This document shows positions 34,296-42,329 of a stretch of DNA of 63,328 bases, piece by piece. The number at the start of each line of letters is the position of its first letter. Position 1 is the first letter of the stretch. This DNA comes from an uncultured Candidatus Saccharibacteria bacterium (GTDB lineage Bacteria; Patescibacteriota; Dojkabacteria; JAOAGR01): positions 1-63,328 of the forward strand of contig CAZVIJ010000004.1 of assembly GCA_964626735.1 (NCBI GenBank), given 5' to 3'. Under the pieces are notes generated by a model. It was not told the origin of the DNA. It searched no databases and was given only the letters and a program-made list of their open reading frames with translations. The translations under genes and the position numbers were made by a program.

Positions 34296-35129
34296 ATGCC
34301 TGTCATGATCACGCCGAAAGATGCGGTGGTGAAGGATGAAGAGCCGAAGGTGGACGATCTCGAGATAATCAAGCCGACGAACGACGAGGTATTCGACGGC
34401 ACGTACGATTCTAAAGCATTCGATCTGGGCACCGAATACGTCGAAGATACGTACCGCACAAATATGCAGGCACAAAAATCGAAGGAAGCGAAAGACAAAC
34501 CAACGGTCGACAACGCAGATCTAGACCATCATGTTACGTATGATGAATCTTTCCCGAATTTCTATAGCCATGCCGATAGCATCGATTTCGAAAAGCACCT
34601 CATGGGGCAAGGCAAGGAAGAAGATGGGGTAATACCGACCTCGAACCCTGGTCAACAAAGCCAGCCGACGTATGTCGCTAAAGAAACAGGAAATTCCGAA
34701 GAGGTGCACCAATCGTTCCAAACTCAAGAGCCAGCAGGCAGCCAGCAGCCGGAAGCTGTTACAAACCAAGCAGCTGCAGATGAACAGTCTCAAGAAGGAG
34801 ATGAAGAGTATCTCGATTACGCTCAGCTCGCAAACTCTGTTTCGCAATACGATCCCTCGTTTACGAATATCCCGAACACGTTGAACGGCGAAATCCGCAA
34901 CAGTATCGGAGAGCTGCAGCCGGGATCGCTTTTGTACGTCTACGATCAAAACGGCCAGATTGTGAGGACGATGGCTACCGATCCCCAAGGGCGGTACTAC
35001 TCCTACGCTCCGTTCGCTGCCGGCCTGTATTACGTACTTGTCGGAAAGGATATGCTCTTGTTCTCCAGGTACTACGTGTATCTCAACGATAACGTAATCC
35101 CCCCAAAGATAATTCAGTCGAAAAACTAA
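34296..35129 (+). CDS. Hypothetical protein with a carboxypeptidase-regulatory-like beta-sandwich at the C-terminus. The true N-terminus probably lies upstream of the first ATG.
   Basis: The C-terminus is GEIRNSIGELQPGSLLYVYDQNGQIVRTMATDPQGRYYSYAPFAAGLYYVLV. The same frame stays open back to 34050 and encodes a second such domain, IFGTVEDEIGQPVKQAAVVIKRGEENLEALYTTDNGDFQSHYEYKAGTYRIHI. Confidence 0.55.
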   Translation: MPVMITPKDAVVKDEEPKVDDLEIIKPTNDEVFDGTYDSKAFDLGTEYVEDTYRTNMQAQKSKEAKDKPTVDNADLDHHVTYDESFPNFYSHADSIDFEKHLMGQGKEEDGVIPTSNPGQQSQPTYVAKETGNSEEVHQSFQTQEPAGSQQPEAVTNQAAADEQSQEGDEEYLDYAQLANSVSQYDPSFTNIPNTLNGEIRNSIGELQPGSLLYVYDQNGQIVRTMATDPQGRYYSYAPFAAGLYYVLVGKDMLLFSRYYVYLNDNVIPPKIIQSKN

Positions 35130-35132
35130 ACG

Positions 35133-36080
35133 GTGTTCGGAAAAAACAAAAAAAACGTCAATATAACGGGAGAAATGATGGATGTCGCGGGTTACTCGGT
35201 TCCCAAAATCCAACCAGCTCCGAAGCCTCAACCACAGCAGGTACAGCCTCAACCCATGAAGCAGCCGACACAAAGCCAGACCGTTTCGATACAGCAGATG
35301 CAAGCGCCTGTTCCACAGCAGGTTGTATCGCAGGCACCGTCTACCGCTCCAAAGCAGGGGAGCTCAACGATAGGCAATCAAGTCTCTTCGAAAGTAAAGG
35401 AAAATGTTTTGAACCCCATGGTCGATTTCTTTACCGCCGATCCGAATAAGCAAAAAGTGCTCGCAGCAACCCAAGACCATCTGGATATCTACGATATACG
35501 GGATAATATTATCTTGCTGAAGAACGGCGATGTCTCGATGATCGTGGAAACGACCGCGGTTAACTTCCAGCTTTTGTCGAATTTCGAGCAAGATCTGAAG
35601 ATCCAGGCGTTTAGCGAGCTTATCAATTCGCTTAACTTCGAGATGCAAGTAGTCATCCACACGGAGCCCATCGATATGCGTCGTTATCTTTCGTATCTCG
35701 AAGAAAACCTTAAGCGAATCACTGGTGAGGGGCTGAAAAAGCAGATGGTACTGTATATCGACTTCGTGAAAAACCTGGTCGTGCAGAACAATATCCTCCA
35801 AAAACGGTTTTTCGTCGTCATTCCCCATCGATCGGGGCTTCTGACCGCAGACCAAGTGAACCCGCTCCAAAAGCTGATCGATGTTATCCTCGGCAGAAAA
35901 CGAATTACCGAGTTGAAAGATGCAGACAAGCTGGTAGAGAAGGCGCTCATCCAATTGAATCCCAAGCGCGATCATGTCATGAAAATGCTTTCCCGAATGG
36001 GATTGGGATCAAAGCAGCTGAACAACAAAGAATTGGTCTCTCTCTTTTACAGCTACTACAACCCCGTCGATCACTTTTGA
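35133..36080 (+). CDS. VirB4/TrsE N-terminal-domain-like protein with no ATPase domain
   Basis: GTG start. DIYDIRDNIILLKNGDVSMIVETTAVNFQLLSNFEQDLKIQAFSELINSLNFEMQVVIHTEPIDMRRYLSYLEE resembles the N-terminal region of Gram-positive VirB4-type proteins, as I recall it. I found no Walker A motif in the 315 aa. Confidence 0.45.
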   Translation: MFGKNKKNVNITGEMMDVAGYSVPKIQPAPKPQPQQVQPQPMKQPTQSQTVSIQQMQAPVPQQVVSQAPSTAPKQGSSTIGNQVSSKVKENVLNPMVDFFTADPNKQKVLAATQDHLDIYDIRDNIILLKNGDVSMIVETTAVNFQLLSNFEQDLKIQAFSELINSLNFEMQVVIHTEPIDMRRYLSYLEENLKRITGEGLKKQMVLYIDFVKNLVVQNNILQKRFFVVIPHRSGLLTADQVNPLQKLIDVILGRKRITELKDADKLVEKALIQLNPKRDHVMKMLSRMGLGSKQLNNKELVSLFYSYYNPVDHF

Positions 36081-36114
36081 TTGACTTTTAAAAATTGAAA
36101 CTGGAAAATCTTTC

Positions 36115-37617
36115 ATGAATCAGATATTTTACGTCACGCTCGATCCCGAAAAGGCCCTTGGAGTTGAAGATCTATTGCCTTCATACCACATCCTGTATTC
36201 GGAAAATAGCCAGCTGACCATTCCAATCAAGGACGAAGGAATCGATATCCAAAATTTCCCGAAGCCTGCCGGCACAAAAATTTTCAGTACCTCTAAGCTA
36301 TTGGGAATACCCGAGCTGCAAAAGTATATCGAACGGACAGCACACGGCAAACCTGATATCTTGGTATTCAAGAACGACCGGCAAATTCAAAAGGCATGCC
36401 AAGAGTTGGGATACAACCTTCTGAATCCCACGCCGGATCTGGCAAAGAAGCTTGAGAATAAGGTCGCCTTTTCGCAGTTCCTCGAAGGTAACGACATGTT
36501 CCAGCAGCCTGATTTCGAGAAATTCGATAAGCTTTCTGATACGTCGTATGAACAATTCTCCCAAAAGTTCGGACATGAGTTCGTCGTTCAATTCATGTTC
36601 GGGCATTCGGGAAACAGTACGTTCTTCGTCAAGACGCAAGAAGAGCACGAGAATCTCAAACGCCAGTATCCGCTCAGGATGGGAAAGGTGACAAGAATGA
36701 TCAAGGGCGTTCCCTATACCGTCAACGGATGCGTAACCCGACTGGGCGTCGTCATAGGCGGCATCTCGGAACAGATAACCGGAATCGAGCTCTTGACCTC
36801 GTCGAAAGGCGGAACGGTTGGGAATGATTTTACGCAACGGCACCTGGACGACTCGCTTCGCCATCTGCTCATCATGAAGGCAACCGAATTCGGCAATATG
36901 CTGATGAAAGAAGGTCATAAGGGAATTTTCGGCATGGACTTCCTGTTCGACCTGGAGACACAAGCATTCTTCCTTATCGAGGCGAATATCCGTCAGACCG
37001 CATCGTGCAGCTATTACAGCTACCTCCAGCGCGAGCGTAAGCAGGTACCCATCATGCTGTGGCATATGCTTGAGCTTCTGAACCACAACTATTACGAAAA
37101 GTTCCAATGTCTCAATGAAGAGGAGGAAAACTACATAAATCTGCAAATCGATAAGTTCCGTATGGGAGGCGATAAAGTTGAGGCAAACGTTGAGCTCAAC
37201 CAGCCGATTAAGGCATCGCAGATATTCTTCAGGAACGTTAAGGATTTTCCGGTAAAGGTGGTCGACCAATTTCCAACCGGTATTTTCAGAATACGTGGAC
37301 GCATGCCCGATGAATCAGCCGAGCTCGAGAACGCCGAGAAATATCCTGCGGTTTACAAGCTTCGCGAAGCAGGCACGACAACGCTGTGCCTCATCAAGCG
37401 CGGCTACAATATCATGCAGGCCACACGCGAAGACGGATTCCTCATCACGGCCGTGCCCGAAAATACTATCGTCCAACCGTTAGGAGAGATCGGCAGGATC
37501 CAGATCAACGAATCTGCGTTCGGGTCCATCGACGATATGGATATTAACGGATGGATCGTCGATGTCATAAAAGGCATCTACGAGAACACCCGACTGATGA
37601 AGTTTGTGGAAAGCTGA
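36115..37617 (+). CDS. ATP-grasp domain protein of unknown specificity
   Basis: LENKVAFSQFL, FVVQFMFGHSGNSTFFVKT and GIFGMDFLFDLETQAFFLIEANIR follow the ATP-grasp pattern. A TTGACT-N17-GAAAAT promoter ends 5 nt upstream of the ATG. Confidence 0.6.
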   Translation: MNQIFYVTLDPEKALGVEDLLPSYHILYSENSQLTIPIKDEGIDIQNFPKPAGTKIFSTSKLLGIPELQKYIERTAHGKPDILVFKNDRQIQKACQELGYNLLNPTPDLAKKLENKVAFSQFLEGNDMFQQPDFEKFDKLSDTSYEQFSQKFGHEFVVQFMFGHSGNSTFFVKTQEEHENLKRQYPLRMGKVTRMIKGVPYTVNGCVTRLGVVIGGISEQITGIELLTSSKGGTVGNDFTQRHLDDSLRHLLIMKATEFGNMLMKEGHKGIFGMDFLFDLETQAFFLIEANIRQTASCSYYSYLQRERKQVPIMLWHMLELLNHNYYEKFQCLNEEEENYINLQIDKFRMGGDKVEANVELNQPIKASQIFFRNVKDFPVKVVDQFPTGIFRIRGRMPDESAELENAEKYPAVYKLREAGTTTLCLIKRGYNIMQATREDGFLITAVPENTIVQPLGEIGRIQINESAFGSIDDMDINGWIVDVIKGIYENTRLMKFVES

Positions 37618-37659
37618 TTTTTCAATTTTAGGAGGGATTGTGCTATTCTTACCACAGAG

Positions 37660-38442
37660 ATGATCATTTCATTTGCCAACCAAAAGGGCGGTGTCGGGAA
37701 AACGACCACTACATTGAGTCTCGCATCGATTCTCGCGAATAAAGGTAAAAAAGTACTCGTCGTCGATCTCGATCCACAAAGCAACCTTACGTCTGGCCTC
37801 GGATTCGAACGCTCGCTCGATTACAAGAGCACATACGATGTTCTTATCCAAGATGAAGAGATTAACCAAGTATTCGTCCCATCGGACCTGAGCGATAATC
37901 TTTTTTTGGTTCCCGCCAAAATCGATCTCGCGGCATCCGAAATCGAGCTCGTTTCGAAGATGTCTCGCGAAAAAATCCTCAAGGAGAAGCTAGATAAGGT
38001 ACGGGATAACTTCGACTACATCTTAATCGATTGCCCTCCGTCCTTAGGGCTTTTGACCGTCAACGCGATGGTCGCAAGCGATGGAGTCGTCATTCCGGTG
38101 CAATGCGAGTACTTCGCGCTTGAAGGCATTTCCCAACTCGTCAATACTATCAACCTGGTCAAGAAGTCATTGAACTCCAAGCTTAAGATTGCCGGCGTCG
38201 TCATGACCATGTTCGACGGACGCACCAAGCTCTCGGTAGAAGTCGTAAAGGAGGTTCAGTCTTTTTTCAAGGATAAACTCTTTGAAACTATCATACCCCG
38301 TAACGTCCGCATTTCCGAATCGCCATCGTACGGAAAACCGATCGACAAATACGACCCCCATTCGATAGGCGCAAAGTCCTACAATAAATTAGCAGACGAA
38401 TTCATCGAACGATTTGATAAACATGCCGCAGGAAACAAATGA
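37660..38442 (+). CDS. parA: ParA/Soj-type partitioning ATPase
   Basis: Deviant Walker A NQKGGVGKTTTT, plus DLDPQSN and IDCPPSLG. Confidence 0.9.
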   Translation: MIISFANQKGGVGKTTTTLSLASILANKGKKVLVVDLDPQSNLTSGLGFERSLDYKSTYDVLIQDEEINQVFVPSDLSDNLFLVPAKIDLAASEIELVSKMSREKILKEKLDKVRDNFDYILIDCPPSLGLLTVNAMVASDGVVIPVQCEYFALEGISQLVNTINLVKKSLNSKLKIAGVVMTMFDGRTKLSVEVVKEVQSFFKDKLFETIIPRNVRISESPSYGKPIDKYDPHSIGAKSYNKLADEFIERFDKHAAGNK

Positions 38443-38989
38443 CATAAACCCGCTCGAAGCCCGAAAAAAGCAGCTTGAGGTCCAGAAGAAAAGGATCAAG
38501 CTCCTTATCGGCGTTGGTCTTGCGTTCTTGGCGCTATTCCTGGTTATTTTGTATGCAAGCTTCAGGAAAGGAGGAGTAAGCAACCTTACGAAAGGCGATG
38601 AAGATGCAGTTACGAATGTCGTGAAAAATATCGGTACATCGTTCAACGGATCGAACGCAACACCGACTCCGACCATGTTCCTAACTCCGCTCGATTTCGG
38701 CGGCTCCTCGAAAAATCTCGATGAAGTGACACTCAAGAATACCGACAACAACATGACATTCAGCTCAACGAACAGCGATTACCAGTTGACCATCAAAGTC
38801 GGCACAATCGTCCATTTCTTCAATCAAACCGGCACCCCTATCGGCCTGAAGTTTTCGGACGGCAGGACCGTACGCTTGAGCGATGGTGAAGAGCAGACGG
38901 TTAAATTCTTGAAAGCCGGCGACCTTACCTTCTCGGACCAATTGGATACGACGAGAGACCGCATACGGGGGGCAATCTACGTCAAGTAA
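38423..38989 (+). CDS. Membrane-anchored hypothetical protein
   Basis: The ATG at 38423 overlaps the parA end. TM segment is LLIGVGLAFLALFLVILYA. The C-terminal small beta-rich domain looks cupredoxin-like, but I see no metal ligands. Confidence 0.5.
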   Translation: MPQETNDINPLEARKKQLEVQKKRIKLLIGVGLAFLALFLVILYASFRKGGVSNLTKGDEDAVTNVVKNIGTSFNGSNATPTPTMFLTPLDFGGSSKNLDEVTLKNTDNNMTFSSTNSDYQLTIKVGTIVHFFNQTGTPIGLKFSDGRTVRLSDGEEQTVKFLKAGDLTFSDQLDTTRDRIRGAIYVK

Positions 38990-38990
38990 C

Positions 38991-39956
38991 ATGGCAGCAG
39001 CAACGAAAAAAGTCTTCCTCTTCTATGGGGATAACGATTATCTCGTTTTCAAAGAACTGAAAGAATTAAGAAAAAATCTGGCGTCGCAGAACGTAAGCGT
39101 GAGCGAGTTTGACGGTTCCAAGAGTTTGGATTTCAAGGAAATATATTCTGCGCTGCATTCAGATGATCTTTTCCTCAGCTCAAGCGCGGTCATTCTGCGC
39201 GACGTCAGCGACGGGAAATCTTTCTTTCCGTTTGTCGAGAAGCTTACCGATTACCTGAACTCGAAAGAGTCCAGCAATAACGAACTGTATATATTCCACT
39301 CAGGAAAAGTATTGAAGACTTCGAAGTTTTTCAAGGCGGTGACGAAGGTCGGGAAAGTAACCGAACGGCCGACTCCCAAGCCGCAAGAAATACTAGACGT
39401 TATCACCAAAAGCATTCCTATCAAGAACGATGCGGCTGAACTGATGATCGAGTATTCGAATTCCAACTTGTTCCAAATTCGCAACGAAATTAGCAAGCTG
39501 AAAACATACTTGGTTGCAACAGGCAACAAGGAAATTACCATCAAGGATGTCGAGGAGTTGTGTTACAAGCCGCTCGGCGATAACGAAGCGTGGGGTGTCG
39601 GCAGCCTGTTCCTGAAATATACGATAAGTAAGGAGCCGGCAGATAAGAAAAAGCTGCTCGATGAAGTCGAACATTTATTCGACTCCGAAGTTGCTTCGAT
39701 GCAAATCCTCTACTCATGCTACCAATACGTTTTGAATGCGATTAAGCTGAAAGTTATGGTCTCGCGCGGAAAAAACTATCGCGATTGTATGGCGCTCGGC
39801 TACTTTTTCGTCAAGGACTTTTTCGACAAGCGCGATAAGCTCAAGCATCCCGAGCTTCTAGAATTGAACTCGAAGCTGCTCGATTACGAATATGGGGTGA
39901 AATCGGGCGAAATAGATGATGTTTCGGGATTGCGGCGATTGCTCGTCAACCTGTAG
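38991..39956 (+). CDS. holA: DNA polymerase III delta subunit (HolA)-like
   Basis: The N-terminus KVFLFYGDNDYLVFKELKELRK and the length of 321 aa fit HolA. Similarity is judged by eye only. Confidence 0.6.
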   Translation: MAAATKKVFLFYGDNDYLVFKELKELRKNLASQNVSVSEFDGSKSLDFKEIYSALHSDDLFLSSSAVILRDVSDGKSFFPFVEKLTDYLNSKESSNNELYIFHSGKVLKTSKFFKAVTKVGKVTERPTPKPQEILDVITKSIPIKNDAAELMIEYSNSNLFQIRNEISKLKTYLVATGNKEITIKDVEELCYKPLGDNEAWGVGSLFLKYTISKEPADKKKLLDEVEHLFDSEVASMQILYSCYQYVLNAIKLKVMVSRGKNYRDCMALGYFFVKDFFDKRDKLKHPELLELNSKLLDYEYGVKSGEIDDVSGLRRLLVNL

Positions 39957-39994
39957 GCGTTAAAAAGTGCTCAAGTTGGAGTATAATCCCTAAG

Positions 39995-41161
39995 ATGAAG
40001 ATACTGGCCATAGATACCTCGTGCGACGAGACATCGATTGCGATCGTCGAGGATGATAGGGTGATCGCGAATAAACTTTCTTCGCAAATTTCTTCCCATA
40101 AAGAGTGGGGTGGAGTCGTGCCGTCGCTCGCAAGAAGGAAACACGAAGAGCTTTTCCCGCTTGTGCTCGAGAAAGCGCTCAAGCAGGCAAAAACCGATCT
40201 TTCTGCTATCGATGTTGTCGCGGTTACCCGCGGACCTGGCCTAGCGATTGCGCTCGAAGTGGGTATACGAGAGGCCGTGAATATTGCCCGAACGTATAAT
40301 AAGCCACTTGTTGCAGTCAACCACATGGAAGGCCACATCTATTCGACGTTGGCTAAAAATGCGGTCGGCAAACCGGAAATTGTATACGAATTCCCGTTAT
40401 TGGCGCTGCTTATCTCGGGAGGCCATACCGAACTCGTATTGATGCGTGGACACGGCGAGTATGAAATCATAGGCGAGACCCAGGACGATTCAATCGGAGA
40501 GGCGTACGATAAAGTGGGAAGGATGCTCGATATGGGTTACCCGGCAGGTCCCGTCCTCGAAAAGATTGCTGAAGACGGCAACGAAGACTCGTATATCCTG
40601 CCGATACCGATGAGGTACTCCGGAGACGCCCATATGAGCTACTCGGGGCTTAAAACTGCTTCAATGCAGCTTATCACCGAGACGCTCAACAATCCCACCA
40701 ACAAGTATCAAGAAAAGTTCAAAACAAGCTTGCAGAAGTCTTTCAAGGACAGGAAACTCAAGAAGGAGAAAAAGCAGCAAACGGTCAATATCGAAAAGCA
40801 GCTCGTCAGCGATATCGCGGCATCGTTTCAAAAAGCGGCGGTTCTGCAAGTCCTGCTCAAGACCGAGTATGCGATCAAGAAGCTGTCGGAAAAGATAGAA
40901 ATAAAAGACCTGATTATAGGCGGTGGGGTAGCGCAAAACAAATATCTCCGCAAAATGTTCAGGAAGAAGTTCGGCAAATCGCTTCGCATCCACTATCCGA
41001 ACGACAAGAAGCTCTTCACCGATAATGCAGGCATGATCGGGGTAGCAGCGTATTTCAACGCGTTACGCAATAAATACGTATTGGATCTCGATTCGATTGA
41101 CCGAGACCCGAACTGGAGGATCGACGAAATCAACCCCGCTGGGTATCTGCAAGATACCTGA
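39995..41161 (+). CDS. tsaD: tRNA N6-adenosine threonylcarbamoyltransferase TsaD, with a Lys-rich insertion
   Basis: ILAIDTSCDETSIAIV, VAVNHMEGHI, SGGHTEL and DNAGMIG. TATAAT at 39982-39987 lies 7 nt upstream of the ATG. Confidence 0.92.
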   Translation: MKILAIDTSCDETSIAIVEDDRVIANKLSSQISSHKEWGGVVPSLARRKHEELFPLVLEKALKQAKTDLSAIDVVAVTRGPGLAIALEVGIREAVNIARTYNKPLVAVNHMEGHIYSTLAKNAVGKPEIVYEFPLLALLISGGHTELVLMRGHGEYEIIGETQDDSIGEAYDKVGRMLDMGYPAGPVLEKIAEDGNEDSYILPIPMRYSGDAHMSYSGLKTASMQLITETLNNPTNKYQEKFKTSLQKSFKDRKLKKEKKQQTVNIEKQLVSDIAASFQKAAVLQVLLKTEYAIKKLSEKIEIKDLIIGGGVAQNKYLRKMFRKKFGKSLRIHYPNDKKLFTDNAGMIGVAAYFNALRNKYVLDLDSIDRDPNWRIDEINPAGYLQDT

Positions 41162-41726
41162 CGAGCTTGGTTCCCTTGAGCAATATGAGTCCACCGATGT
41201 ATCCGCTCATTCTCGATACTGCCCACGGATTCCCGTCGTACCTGCCGAAGACTTGCGGCGTGCTGAACGAATGCCTGAGATTGGGTATGACGTTCATCGA
41301 TTCGAACGAGATGTTGTTGTTCGTAACATGCGCGCGTTGCAGCGCTACAATTGAGCATACCTGCACCATCGGATGGATGTCCGTTTGGGAGTCATGGTCG
41401 TCGAACCGGCTCACAATCCAAGGTACGTAGATTTGCGCTTTATCCAACCAACAGAATGCTCCTTCATGTTCGGTCGAAATCGTGTGGTCCGCTATATACA
41501 AAGGCAGTGTCCTGAACGTTTCGGTCTCGATATCGGTTACGGCAGCCAGTAACGTTAGACGTTTCGCTCCATCGTTCGAATCTCCGGTAATGACCGGCGT
41601 GAACTCGTGGCGACCGATTACTTCTTCCCACGTTCCTTCATCGTTAGGTGTAACAAGCGTTGCGTGTGTTTTCATATGACGGAAGTATACCACCGGACGT
41701 CGGTAAGACCCAGTGCGGGACGTCAC
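41130..41726 (-). CDS. Hypothetical protein (orphan)
   Basis: 198-aa ORF with a GTG start at 41726 (an internal ATG is at 41675). Its 3' end overlaps the tsaD 3' end by 32 nt. Confidence 0.5.
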   Translation of the reverse strand: MTSRTGSYRRPVVYFRHMKTHATLVTPNDEGTWEEVIGRHEFTPVITGDSNDGAKRLTLLAAVTDIETETFRTLPLYIADHTISTEHEGAFCWLDKAQIYVPWIVSRFDDHDSQTDIHPMVQVCSIVALQRAHVTNNNISFESMNVIPNLRHSFSTPQVFGRYDGNPWAVSRMSGYIGGLILLKGTKLVRYLADTQRG

Positions 41727-41920
41727 GAAACGAGTAGGTTGATGTGTTTGGCTTCTTCCAAAGAGCGGTGCACCGCATTATTCTTTTCTACGACCAGGAG
41801 CCCATTGAAAACGCTTAATGTCCAGCACGCTAGCGTTCGGTCAGAGACGTGGCTGTTTGCCGGGTTCTCCGCTATCCTTCGGAACGCATCGCAAAATCCC
41901 GCATAATCAGGTTGAAGGAC

Positions 41921-41998
41921 TTGACTCTACCGTTACTTCTTTATACTATATCACTTGGCAGAGGACTGTATTACCTGCTAAAAAAGTATTACTATACT
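41921..41998 (+). promoter_or_regulatory. Candidate groESL promoter region with a degenerate CIRCE-like operator
   Basis: -35 TTGACT at 41921-41926 and -10 TACTAT at 41944-41949 (17-nt spacer). Operator TTGGCAGAG-N9-ACCTGCTAA at 41955-41981. A second -10-like hexamer, TATACT, sits at 41993-41998. Confidence 0.5.
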
Positions 41999-42008
41999 AC
42001 AGACAAGT

Positions 42009-42326
42009 ATGGCAGAACTAAATAACTTCAAACCGCTTAACGGTTACATTCTGGTGAAACCAGAAAAGGCGGAAAAAGAATCGGTAACCAAATCAGGTTT
42101 TATAGTACAAGCTGACCAATCTAAGGAAATCCAATGGGGAGAGGTGGTCGCTCTCGGAGATAGCGAAGGATACTTCAATCCAAATGGAACCCCATTCGTC
42201 TACAGCGTGAAGGTAGGCGACAAGGTCTACTACACCAATAGATACGGCAGCAACGAAATTGAGCTGGAAGGACAAAAGTACCTTCTCATGCCTCAAGCAG
42301 ATATGTTAGGTAAATTGGTTAAATAA
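42009..42326 (+). CDS. groES: Co-chaperonin GroES
   Basis: FKPLNGYILVKPEKAEKESVTKSGFIV, and GDKVYYTNRYGSNEIELEGQKYLLM. Confidence 0.95.
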   Translation: MAELNNFKPLNGYILVKPEKAEKESVTKSGFIVQADQSKEIQWGEVVALGDSEGYFNPNGTPFVYSVKVGDKVYYTNRYGSNEIELEGQKYLLMPQADMLGKLVK

Positions 42327-42329
42327 TCT

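Noticed and set aside
41607-42021. Plus-strand ORFs 41607-41906 and 41818-42021 in or near the groES upstream region
   Set aside because: The first overlaps the orphan on the minus strand. The second runs through the predicted promoter and operator and into the groES start. Their translations look non-protein-like (Ser/Arg/Cys-rich).
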